Assembly: GCF_000007225.1 (NCBI RefSeq) | Contig: NC_003364.1 | Location: forward strand, 1,080,001 to 1,112,000 | From: Pyrobaculum aerophilum str. IM2 | GTDB taxonomy: Archaea; Thermoproteota; Thermoprotei; Thermoproteales; Thermoproteaceae | Direction of reading: 5' to 3' | Length of the DNA stretch: 32,000 nt | In this document: positions 9,432 to 21,536 of the stretch, in pieces | How the letters are laid out: the number at the start of each line of letters is the position of its first letter | Numbering within the stretch: the first letter of the stretch is position 1 | Position numbers and translations under genes: made by a program | Notes under the pieces: generated by a model | What the model was told of the DNA's origin: nothing | Database searches by the model: none | The model's input: only the letters and a program-made list of their open reading frames with translations

Positions 9432-9449
9432 AGAGAAAAACTTTTAAAC
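9432..9449 (+). promoter_or_regulatory. putative rRNA operon promoter (BRE/TATA)
   Basis: A purine-rich AGAAAAA is followed by CTTTTAAA (9441-9448), about 190 nt upstream of the 16S 5' end and upstream of the leader arms of the processing helices. Confidence 0.5.
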
Positions 9450-9569
9450 TACTGTGTTCTAGAAAGGACGCGCTCTTGTGAGGTGAGGCCGGGCAAAAGC
9501 CCGGCTGAAATCACTCTTATGTTCCCCGGACGTCCCCCCCTGGAGTACCCAGGCCGGGGCGCCGGGGAG

Positions 9570-9621
9570 AAAACCCCCACGCCGCCGCCGAGGAGAAGCC
9601 CGGACAAACCCACCCCCCGGG
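9570..9621 (+). other. pre-rRNA 5' leader arms of processing helices
   Basis: 9570-9589 is perfectly complementary to 14957-14976 (20 bp). 9587-9601 pairs with 11874-11888 (15 bp). 9608-9621 pairs with 11853-11865 (13 bp with one bulged C). Confidence 0.75.
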
Positions 9622-9750
9622 CGGCCTTGCGGCCGTCCGAAACCGGTTGATCCTGCCGGACCCGACCGCTATCGGGGTAGGGCTAAGCCATGCGAGTCGC
9701 GCGCCCGGGGGCGCCCGGGAGCGGCGCACGGCTCAGTAACACGTGCCTAA

Positions 9751-10730
<980 letters not shown>

Positions 10731-10873
10731 TGCGGGCAACCGCGACGGGGCTACCCCGAGTGCCGGGCGAAGAGCCCGGCTTTTGCCCGGTCTAAAACGC
10801 CGGGCGAATAAGCGGGGGGCAAGTCTGGTGTCAGCCGCCGCGGTAATACCAGCTCCGCGAGTGGTCGGGGTGT

Positions 10874-10904
<31 letters not shown>

Positions 10905-11048
10905 GGCAAGTCGCTCCTGAAATCCCCGGGCTCAACCCGGGGGCGGGGGGCGATACTGCCGGGCTAGGGGGCGGGAGAGGCCGCCGGTACTCCGGGGGTA
11001 GGGGCGAAATCCGTTAATCCCCGGAGGACCACCAGTGGCGAAAGCGGG

Positions 11049-11088
<40 letters not shown>

Positions 11089-11393
11089 GAGCAAAGGGGA
11101 TTAGATACCCCTGTAGTCCCGGCCGTAAACGATGCGGGCTAGCTGTCGGTCGGGCTTAGGGCCCGGCCGGTGGCGAAGGGAAACCGTTAAGCCCGCCGCC
11201 TGGGGAGTACGGCCGCAAGGCTGAAACTTAAAGGAATTGGCGGGGGGGCACCACAAGGGGTGAAGCTTGCGGCTTAATTGGAGTCAACGCCGGAAACCTC
11301 ACCCGGGGCGACAGCAGGATGAAGGCCAGGCTAACGACCTTGCCGGACGAGCTGAGAGGAGGTGCATGGCCGTCGTCAGCTCGTGCCGTGAGG

Positions 11394-11425
<32 letters not shown>

Positions 11426-11801
11426 CCGCCCCTAGTTGCTACCCCGTCCTTCGGGACGGGGGGCACACTAGGGGGACTGCCGGCGTAAGCCGGAGGAAGG
11501 AGGGGGCCACGGCAGGTCAGTATGCCCCGAAACCCCGGGGCTGCACGCGAGCTGCAATGGCGGGGACAGCGGGATCCGACCCCGAAAGGGGGAGGCAATC
11601 CCGTAAACCCCGCCCCAGTAGGGATCGAGGGTTGCAACTCGCCCTCGTGAACGTGGAATCCCTAGTAACCGCGTGTCACCAACGCGCGGTGAATACGTCC
11701 CTGCCCCTTGCACACACCGCCCGTCGCACCACCCGAGGGAGCCCTCTGCGAGGCCCCTCGCCGAAGAGGTGGGGGGACGAGCAGGGGGCTCCCAAGGGGG
11801 G

Positions 11802-11851
<50 letters not shown>

Positions 11852-11852
11852 A

Positions 11853-11911
11853 CCCGGGGGTGGGTAGTCTAAAGGGCTTCTCCTCGGCCCCGCAAGCCGC
11901 CGCTCCGCACG
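11853..11911 (+). other. 16S-23S spacer carrying the 3' arm of the 16S helix and the 5' arm of the 23S helix (no tRNA)
   Basis: 11853-11888 pairs with leader 9587-9621. 11897-11911 pairs with trailer 14929-14943 (15 bp including one U-G). The spacer is only about 60 nt, too short for a tRNA. Confidence 0.7.
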
Positions 11912-11912
11912 G

Positions 11913-14927
<3,015 letters not shown>

Positions 14928-14928
14928 G

Positions 14929-14976
14929 CGTGCGGGGCGGCGGGCGAAAGGGCCGAGGCGGCGGCGTGGGGGTTTT
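14929..14976 (+). other. pre-rRNA 3' trailer arms (23S helix and outermost leader-trailer helix)
   Basis: 14929-14943 pairs with 11897-11911. 14957-14976 pairs with 9570-9589. Confidence 0.7.
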
Positions 14977-14980
14977 TTCT
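14968..14980 (+). terminator. oligo-T terminator candidate after the rRNA operon
   Basis: GGGGGTTTTTTCT sits directly after the last GC-rich helix arm and is followed by an AT-rich intergenic region. Confidence 0.45.
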
Positions 14981-15289
14981 TAAAGAGTAGGCGTGTCAAA
15001 TTATTGGGAGTTGCGTCCGTCTATCCCAGTAAACGCAGACATTTTTCATAAAAAGCTGATCTTTGTAACTAGCCCTTTTGCCCAGAAGAACGTATATATT
15101 TACCCCTCTTTTGCAAAGGCCTTGCCGGCTGTATTGTTAATAAGGCACGGGCACTACTGTAAACAAGTGTAAATATAGCCTCTAGATGCGCGTGTATTAA
15201 CTAACGCCCACTCTGCGTTGATTAGTACATTCTACAGAGGCGGCTTTTTGTACACTGTTCAACGTATTGTAAATTGTTTTCTTGTAGAT

Positions 15290-18232
15290 ATGCGGGCTTT
15301 GTTGGGCGTTCTCCTCGTCGTGTTCACGGCTTTTGCCTACAACGTCTTCTGGGGCGAGTTTATTCACTGCGATATCGGCACTTGCCCGTATCCTAATCCC
15401 GACGGCAAATTCCTAGAGATCGGCCCTAACTACGCCGTTTTTGACACGCGCGGAGACCCCTCGGCGATGGGGTTTTTCGTATTGGCCGTTGAGTTTAAGA
15501 GACACACGACGGTTACAATCCAGGGCTGGTGGTCTTATGAACTCCCGCGGACTTTGGCTTACGTCGTGTCCGACAAGGGGCTTACGGCTTTTGAGTGCTC
15601 CACAGGCGGGGGGCAGCAGTGTAGCGTCTCCGGCGCGGCGGCCCCCGGCGTTTATTATATCGTATTTGTCGACGCGTGGGCGGCGCAGACAGTTAGAGTG
15701 GAGGCGGACGGCCCGCTCGACCTTATAGACGTCTCGCCTCAGCGCGTTGCTTGCGCCCTCTGGAGGGCCGGCGTCTTGAGGGGACAGCGCATAACATACG
15801 CCTTTAACTGGCCGTCTAGGCCCGGCGCCTCTGTTTCTCAAGATATTGTGGAGGGCTCTTGCGGCCCGCCCGATTTGCAAGAGGCCCTGGCCTTTGCCGC
15901 CGCGGCCGGGCTCAACGCGACGGAGGCCTCCCTCCTCACGCGTCCGCTGGGCTACAACGTGACTGCAGTGGAGAGGAAGTACGGCTCCGCCGTGTTTTAC
16001 CTCCAGCCCGACCTCACTTACGTAGTGCCCCTGGCTCTTGAAGTCCAGTGGCCTAACGCGGGCCGGCTCCTCCTCGTCAACCCGAGCAACGTCTCAGTCA
16101 CGTGGGCCGTGGAGCTACGCCTTTCTAACAAAACGGGGAGCTCCGGCGTTGCCCACGGGTCGAGGCTGTCTTTAACAAACGTCACGCTCCCGCCGCGCTC
16201 TGTCTACGAGCTGTACCTCTACGGCGTTGCCAGAGAGGGGGGCTCTTACGTCTTTTCCTACCGGATTCGGGCGGCGGGTAGTTACAGCTGGAGCAATTAC
16301 GTTTTTTACACAGAGGGCCGGCTTGTGACGCAGAACGGCTCTTTCCTCAACTGGCTTTGGGGTAGGCTGGAGCAGTTCTGGGGCGGCGTGACTGGGGATA
16401 AATGCGCCGAGGCGCGGGGGGCTGGGAGGAGCTGGGCCGCGGAGAGGCTGGGCCTCCAGGGCGTTGTCGCAGAGCTCGACGCGGCCGCGGGCTTTGTGCT
16501 GATGACAACTGGCGTGGGGGAGTTGGCGAAGGCCGCCGGCGGGGCGGCCAAGGCCTCTGAGAAGGCGCTTGAGATTTGGAGGAAGCTCTCCCGCCCCATT
16601 AAGGCCGTCCTCTACCTAGACCTCCTCGCCAACGGCGTGCTCCTGGGCTGGGACGCCTACCAGGAGGCGGCCTCGGGGCAAATCCCCTGGCGGGAGATCG
16701 CAGACGCGGCCCTTATGGCGGGCGGGCCGGTGCTCCAGCGCTCTCGCCTCATGGCCTCCCTCCTGGCCTCTGGCTCCGGCGTCATGCTTTTCCTCGGCGA
16801 GCCTTTCGACGCGGCGCAACAATTCGCCGACGATCTCTACGCCGAGGCTTCTAAATACGGGAATTACTCCCAGTGTTTTATCGACGGGGCCCTCCAAGCC
16901 TTCTCCACTTACGCCCAGGAGGCCACAATAGCGAATTACCTCGGCGTTGTTTCCACTTTCGTCGACTGGTCCAAGCTCGAGCTCAGCCGCCACTGGCTGG
17001 GGTACAGACAAATAGCCGCGCTGTCTGCCTTTGACTATAAAACCCCAGGTCCGATATTTAAATTCGATAAGAGCGGCTATCGGTTTATTGCTGTAAATAA
17101 AGAAAAACTTGGATATGCCTCCAGTGGCAATGTTATTATGTTTGAAATAAGTAGTAAGGACAATAGGCTTTATTCTGTGGCTAGGTGGAATAAGTTTTTA
17201 AGGTGGGTGTCTTGGCTGGCTGTGGAAGAGGGTAAATACGGCGGCGTTGATTATGAACTCAGACTCGCCAGATTTGAATACCAAGAGAGTAGCGGGGCGA
17301 CAAAAACGGCGTTGGCAGCTGTTGTAGTAGATAAAAAGACGGGGGTTCCGCTGTTATTGTCTTATAATGACTATTTCATGTCGCTGGTTGTGGGCAAGGC
17401 TTTACAAGGCGGCGTTATGGGCCGCGTCTATGAGGTAACGCTGGCTGGAGTTAAGGGGCAGGCCAGGGCGTTTACCTTTGACTTTCCTGGGAATATGGAG
17501 AAAGTGGCGTGCGTCAATGCCGCTGGCTGTAGGTGGGAGACCCTTATTAAGTACTTAACAGGCGTCTTAGCGCCTGAGTTGTACAACGCAAGGCCCGAGG
17601 CAGTTGGCATGGAGGTTTTTCTTATAAAAGAGGCGAGAGAGGTGGTAAGCGCTAAGTCTCTGGCAATAGACTGGCTTGAGCCTGGTAGTAAAGGCCTTTT
17701 TCTAGTGCAACAGCCAGGCACGGCTTTTGACGTGCTTGCAATAGATAGAGAGGGGCGTCTTGTAATTGTGGAAGTTAAAAGAAAAGAATATTTGAAAAGA
17801 GAGGAGGATCTCCGCCAGTTGGCAGATAAGATCAGTTACTTACGGCAGCTTGATAGAATAAAGGGCGTTAGTGTGGGCGATGCGCTTTCATATCTAATCG
17901 CGGCTTACAACGGGGCAGGCCCCAGCGGAATAGGGAGCCACGGGGCTTCTAGTACTTTTGTATATGAGCCCGTTCTGCAAGTCTTAAATTGGAAGGGGGA
18001 TAAAACACGGGTTATTTTTTCATTTGTTGTTGTAGATATAGATAATCATAAAGCAGTTGTTTATACGGTGGAGAGGAGGCTGGAGGAGCTGACGTATGAT
18101 TTTATAAAAAACGTTGCAAAAGACGCGTATGACTTATTTGATTATGTTAAAACTGAAGGCGGCGTTGATATACGGGATGTGGTACGCGCTACGGTTGCGC
18201 AATACTCAGGCACTCCGCCGTTTTTAAAATGA
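15290..18232 (+). CDS. large secreted/glycosylated-looking protein with compositionally distinct C-terminal region carrying a NucS/PD-(D/E)xK-like nuclease motif
   Basis: The ORF is open from 15218 (TTG). I prefer the ATG at 15290, which gives a signal-peptide-like MRALLGVLLVVFTAFAYN. Many N-X-S/T sequons are present (NAT, NVT, NVS, NKT, NVT, NGS, NYS). The motif FDVLAIDREGRLVIVEVKRK lies at 17726-17785. The stop overlaps the next start (ATGA). Confidence 0.75.
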   Translation: MRALLGVLLVVFTAFAYNVFWGEFIHCDIGTCPYPNPDGKFLEIGPNYAVFDTRGDPSAMGFFVLAVEFKRHTTVTIQGWWSYELPRTLAYVVSDKGLTAFECSTGGGQQCSVSGAAAPGVYYIVFVDAWAAQTVRVEADGPLDLIDVSPQRVACALWRAGVLRGQRITYAFNWPSRPGASVSQDIVEGSCGPPDLQEALAFAAAAGLNATEASLLTRPLGYNVTAVERKYGSAVFYLQPDLTYVVPLALEVQWPNAGRLLLVNPSNVSVTWAVELRLSNKTGSSGVAHGSRLSLTNVTLPPRSVYELYLYGVAREGGSYVFSYRIRAAGSYSWSNYVFYTEGRLVTQNGSFLNWLWGRLEQFWGGVTGDKCAEARGAGRSWAAERLGLQGVVAELDAAAGFVLMTTGVGELAKAAGGAAKASEKALEIWRKLSRPIKAVLYLDLLANGVLLGWDAYQEAASGQIPWREIADAALMAGGPVLQRSRLMASLLASGSGVMLFLGEPFDAAQQFADDLYAEASKYGNYSQCFIDGALQAFSTYAQEATIANYLGVVSTFVDWSKLELSRHWLGYRQIAALSAFDYKTPGPIFKFDKSGYRFIAVNKEKLGYASSGNVIMFEISSKDNRLYSVARWNKFLRWVSWLAVEEGKYGGVDYELRLARFEYQESSGATKTALAAVVVDKKTGVPLLLSYNDYFMSLVVGKALQGGVMGRVYEVTLAGVKGQARAFTFDFPGNMEKVACVNAAGCRWETLIKYLTGVLAPELYNARPEAVGMEVFLIKEAREVVSAKSLAIDWLEPGSKGLFLVQQPGTAFDVLAIDREGRLVIVEVKRKEYLKREEDLRQLADKISYLRQLDRIKGVSVGDALSYLIAAYNGAGPSGIGSHGASSTFVYEPVLQVLNWKGDKTRVIFSFVVVDIDNHKAVVYTVERRLEELTYDFIKNVAKDAYDLFDYVKTEGGVDIRDVVRATVAQYSGTPPFLK

Positions 18233-19263
18233 TTCCAGACGTCGTTATATGCGTTAGCTTTGAAGAAGAGGGCGGCCGCGTGTCTCTACAGCCCGTAGCT
18301 GGCGTGAGGAGAACTGGCTTTAGATTTGAGCCGAGGGCCGCGGCAAGCGGCGCCTTCATTAAGAGAATAGATGCCGAGGGAGTTGTCTTATTTACAGGCG
18401 GCGATAGTAATCACAGCGTTGTATTTCCACTGCCAGACGGCACTTATTTATTATACGACGAGGCCGGCCCCCCGCCGCTGGTTGACTACCCGTCGCCCCC
18501 CTTGCCGGCTTTAGACGATTTTGGAAACGTGCACTGGACCCGTTTTATCGGCGATATAAGTGCAGAATACAACGATAGGTACTACGCCATATTGCCCGGG
18601 GGCAACACGGCGTTTGTATACGAATGGACAGGCCCTCCCACAGGCTTAAGCATTAGCGAGGGCATAGACTTCTACGCGGCCGTTCTGCTCTCAATTAGAT
18701 ACAAAGACGAGTGTTTACGCGAATATTTAAAGCAACGCACTCTACAATTGACAAATAAAGAGTGCAATCCACGTATACGACAAGTATTATCTGGGCTTGA
18801 CCCCCGCTTCCCCGGCTCCGGCCGCCTCGTTGGCGAGGAGTTCCGCATTGTAGAACCCGACAACGACTATTTGAGGCTTGTGGGGAGAGGCGGCGATGAA
18901 TACATCGCCTGGGATTTCGTGTTGGGAACGCTTGACTCGGGCGAGTGGATTATTATGGCCGACGACGGCCTTTACACTGCCGTGAGAGAGGGCAGTCGCG
19001 TTGTTGTAAAAGAGCCTTACCGCGGCTCTTTAATAGACGTCAGGGGGCCTCCCACGGCTTATAAATACCCCGTCGTCCCAACCCGTACTTTTAAACACGC
19101 AGAGTTGTATGGGGCTAATGTGACTTACGACGCCACGTTGTTAAAATGGCCTTTGAGTGGGTTATTAAAAGAGGTTGCGTTGAGGTTTAATTTTAAAGGC
19201 GTGGTTCACACCAGCGGCTCTTCTGTTATAACATGTGATCTCGGATATGCTGATAGTTTGTGA
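18229..19263 (+). CDS. uncharacterised paralog family member 1 (P1)
   Basis: 344 codons with an ATGA overlap onto the upstream ORF. The C-terminal half (DPRFPGSG...EPDNDYLRL...IAWDFVLGTLDSGEWIIMADDGLY...GSLIDVRGPPTAYKYPVVPTRTFKHAELYGANVTYDATLLKWPL) is shared with the next gene. Confidence 0.75.
   Translation: MIPDVVICVSFEEEGGRVSLQPVAGVRRTGFRFEPRAAASGAFIKRIDAEGVVLFTGGDSNHSVVFPLPDGTYLLYDEAGPPPLVDYPSPPLPALDDFGNVHWTRFIGDISAEYNDRYYAILPGGNTAFVYEWTGPPTGLSISEGIDFYAAVLLSIRYKDECLREYLKQRTLQLTNKECNPRIRQVLSGLDPRFPGSGRLVGEEFRIVEPDNDYLRLVGRGGDEYIAWDFVLGTLDSGEWIIMADDGLYTAVREGSRVVVKEPYRGSLIDVRGPPTAYKYPVVPTRTFKHAELYGANVTYDATLLKWPLSGLLKEVALRFNFKGVVHTSGSSVITCDLGYADSL
18907..19151 (+). repeat. conversion-tract-like repeat, copy in P1
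   Basis: 18907-18975 is identical to 19901-19969 (69/69). 19024-19151 matches 20018-20145 at 127/128. The two tracts are separated by a 48-nt strongly diverged patch. The offset is constant at 994 nt. Confidence 0.85.
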
Positions 19264-20269
19264 AGATATATGTCAGTTTAACGCGGCTGGACTGTTAATA
19301 ACCGGCGTTAGAAGACGGGAAATTGGTTATTTATACGTGACACACTCGGAGATTTTTCCCCCTTTGGCAGTTTTTGAAGTATATTCAGGGGAGAAAAACG
19401 CAGTAGTTGCGGTGATTAAAAGCGGCGGCAATATCTATTTAGCGCAGAGAGCGCCTCCCGGGCCACTCCGTGGGGAGAAGGAATGGAGGGGCTACATACT
19501 ATATGAGTGCAGAAAAGGATGTGAAATAGATGATTATCCAGCCCCGCCTTTACCAATACGCAGATTTGATAAGGTCTTTTTCACAAGGTTTATATCTATT
19601 AGACGCCGCATGAGCATTCAGGGAGGCGAAATTATATGGATCCCCCATGGGGCCGATGTCATGAACTTTGCCTATTACAGAAACCCGGTAGCCACTTTTC
19701 TCGCGATTAGGTACAGGCCTGAATGTAGGCCTAAGGGGCAATATCTGCCTAGTTGTGTTTTCGATCTACCTTTTCGTGATATTCAAAATGACGACCCCCG
19801 CTTCCCCGGTTCCGGCAAACTGACGGGGGAGGAGTTCCGCGTGGTGGAGCCCGACGCAGATTACCTCCGCCTCATCGACCGCGGAGGGGATGAGCATCTT
19901 GCCTGGGATTTCGTGTTGGGAACGCTTGACTCGGGCGAGTGGATTATTATGGCCGACGACGGCCTTTACGTCGCAAAGAGGGATGGGGATAGAGTGGTGG
20001 TGGCCAGTCCCTATTACGGCTCTTTAATAGACGTCAGGGGGCCTCCCACGGCTTATAAATACCCCGTCGTCCCAACCCGTACTTTTAAACACGCAGAGTT
20101 GTATGGGGCTAATGTGACGTACGACGCCACGTTGTTAAAATGGCCGCTAAACGCGCAGAGAGGCGGGGAGTTTAAGCCAGAGCTGGGGGCGCCGATGTAT
20201 TTAAATCTTGATTACTGTCTCTGTCTGAAGTGTAAGACCTACAGGCTGGCGAGATATTTTAATAGTTAA
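19247..20269 (+). CDS. uncharacterised paralog family member 2 (P2), tandem duplicate of P1
   Basis: The ORF is open from the GTG at 19235. The ATG at 19247 (MLIVCEDIC) aligns with the P1 N-terminus (MIPDVVICV). It overlaps the P1 3' end by 17 nt. The C-terminal half is near-identical to P1. Confidence 0.75.
   Translation: MLIVCEDICQFNAAGLLITGVRRREIGYLYVTHSEIFPPLAVFEVYSGEKNAVVAVIKSGGNIYLAQRAPPGPLRGEKEWRGYILYECRKGCEIDDYPAPPLPIRRFDKVFFTRFISIRRRMSIQGGEIIWIPHGADVMNFAYYRNPVATFLAIRYRPECRPKGQYLPSCVFDLPFRDIQNDDPRFPGSGKLTGEEFRVVEPDADYLRLIDRGGDEHLAWDFVLGTLDSGEWIIMADDGLYVAKRDGDRVVVASPYYGSLIDVRGPPTAYKYPVVPTRTFKHAELYGANVTYDATLLKWPLNAQRGGEFKPELGAPMYLNLDYCLCLKCKTYRLARYFNS
19901..20145 (+). repeat. conversion-tract-like repeat, copy in P2
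   Basis: Partner of 18907-19151 (see that entry). Confidence 0.85.
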
Positions 20270-20614
20270 GTAGCCATTAAAGGAGTTGTGATTTACGCTG
20301 GGCCTTCGCGTTTTGTGGGGTAAACTTTAGTTGCAAGTCTAAAAGGCGTAGATGCGGTGTATTATTGCTTTAAAGACGCCGAAGTTAACAGCTTTTTGTA
20401 CAGCGCTGGTGTCAATGAAGCGGTTGCGCGTAATAGCAATTACAGTTATCCGATTGGAGAGCGGCTTTCGCCGATTTAATAAGCGTCTTAAACAGTACCA
20501 CTTCACCGTTAAAGAGGCTGTAGATGCTCAAAGCGGCGTTTTTGGAGAGCTCTTGAGGAAAAGGCCAGGGGCTGGCCGCGGGCTCGCCTTATCGCGGCGA
20601 GTTGGAGATTTTCA

Positions 20615-21385
20615 TCAACATGTTGGAATAGTTGGCAACTCTCCGTATTTATCGGGAACTGGCCTTGCGCCGCGTTTTAACAACGCCTCAGCCGCCAGCC
20701 CGTCCTCTGCGTAGTGCAGAGGAGTTCTCCCCATATTATCCACGGCGTTTAGATCAGCCCCATATCTAAGGAGTAGCTTTATGCAATCTACATCGTCGGC
20801 GTAGTGTAGCGGAGTTCTGCCGGCCCCGTCTTTGACGTTGACGTCAGGGCCGCGTTTAAGCAATAGCTCTACGCACTGGGCGCAGTTGTGCTCAGAGGCC
20901 ATATGCAATGGGGTCTTGCCGTGGGCATCTCTCGCGTTAGGGTCGACGCCGTATTCGAGGAGGAGTTTTACGAGGCCTGCGTCTCCGGCAACTAAGTGTA
21001 ATAAGCTCTCGCCATGGCTTGCCCCCGGCCTAACTCCGCGGGCGAGCATATACCTCACCGCCTTGTGGCACCCGTTGCGCGCGGCGGTGTACAACGCCTC
21101 TTCTACGCCAACGGCAGACGCAGAGAGGAGTGGAATTACTCCAAATTTGCGCGATTGAGTTGCAATAATAATTGGCGTCTTCCCCTCTCTATCTCTGGCG
21201 TTTGGATCGGCCCCTGCCTTTATTAACAAATCTACAGTTCCCACATCTCCCCTCTCCGCGGCGTAGTAGAGGGGAGTTCTGCCGTAGTCGTCTTGCACGT
21301 CTGGGCTACACCCCTCGTTAAGTAGCCGTGTTAATAACTCCGCCTCCCCTCTCCGCGCCGCATTTAACAAATTGTTGCAATCCAC
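20615..21385 (-). CDS. ankyrin-repeat protein (about 7 repeats)
   Basis: 256 aa with repeated ANK consensus units: GRTPLYYAAERGDVGTVDLLIKAGADPNARD, GKTPLHMASEHNCAQCVELLLKRGPDVNVKD, GRTPLHYADDVDCIKLLLRYGADLNAVD and others. Confidence 0.85.
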   Translation of the reverse strand: MDCNNLLNAARRGEAELLTRLLNEGCSPDVQDDYGRTPLYYAAERGDVGTVDLLIKAGADPNARDREGKTPIIIATQSRKFGVIPLLSASAVGVEEALYTAARNGCHKAVRYMLARGVRPGASHGESLLHLVAGDAGLVKLLLEYGVDPNARDAHGKTPLHMASEHNCAQCVELLLKRGPDVNVKDGAGRTPLHYADDVDCIKLLLRYGADLNAVDNMGRTPLHYAEDGLAAEALLKRGARPVPDKYGELPTIPTC

Positions 21386-21536
21386 GAATTTTACTCGTTA
21401 ATTCTCTTTAACGCCCAACCTAAAGCCAAGAGGCCGCGGCGGCGTGGGGAAGGGGCGGGGGTTCTTCAAAATGATCTATTGATTTAATAGATGGCGTGAT
21501 GGGCGATGTTTTTTATAGCTGTCTTAAATAATTGTT

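Noticed and set aside
20352-20714. 120-aa plus-strand ORF between P2 and the ankyrin gene, and the 153-aa ORF at 23093-23554
   Set aside because: There are no motifs, the composition is odd, and each overlaps the end of a better-supported gene. No promoter-like box lies at a suitable distance. The regions are left unannotated.
21433-21452. 14-nt identity (GCGGCGGCGTGGGG) with the rRNA trailer arm at 14958-14971
   Set aside because: A short GC-only match is expected by chance in about 64 kb of two-strand GC-rich sequence. There is no extended similarity.
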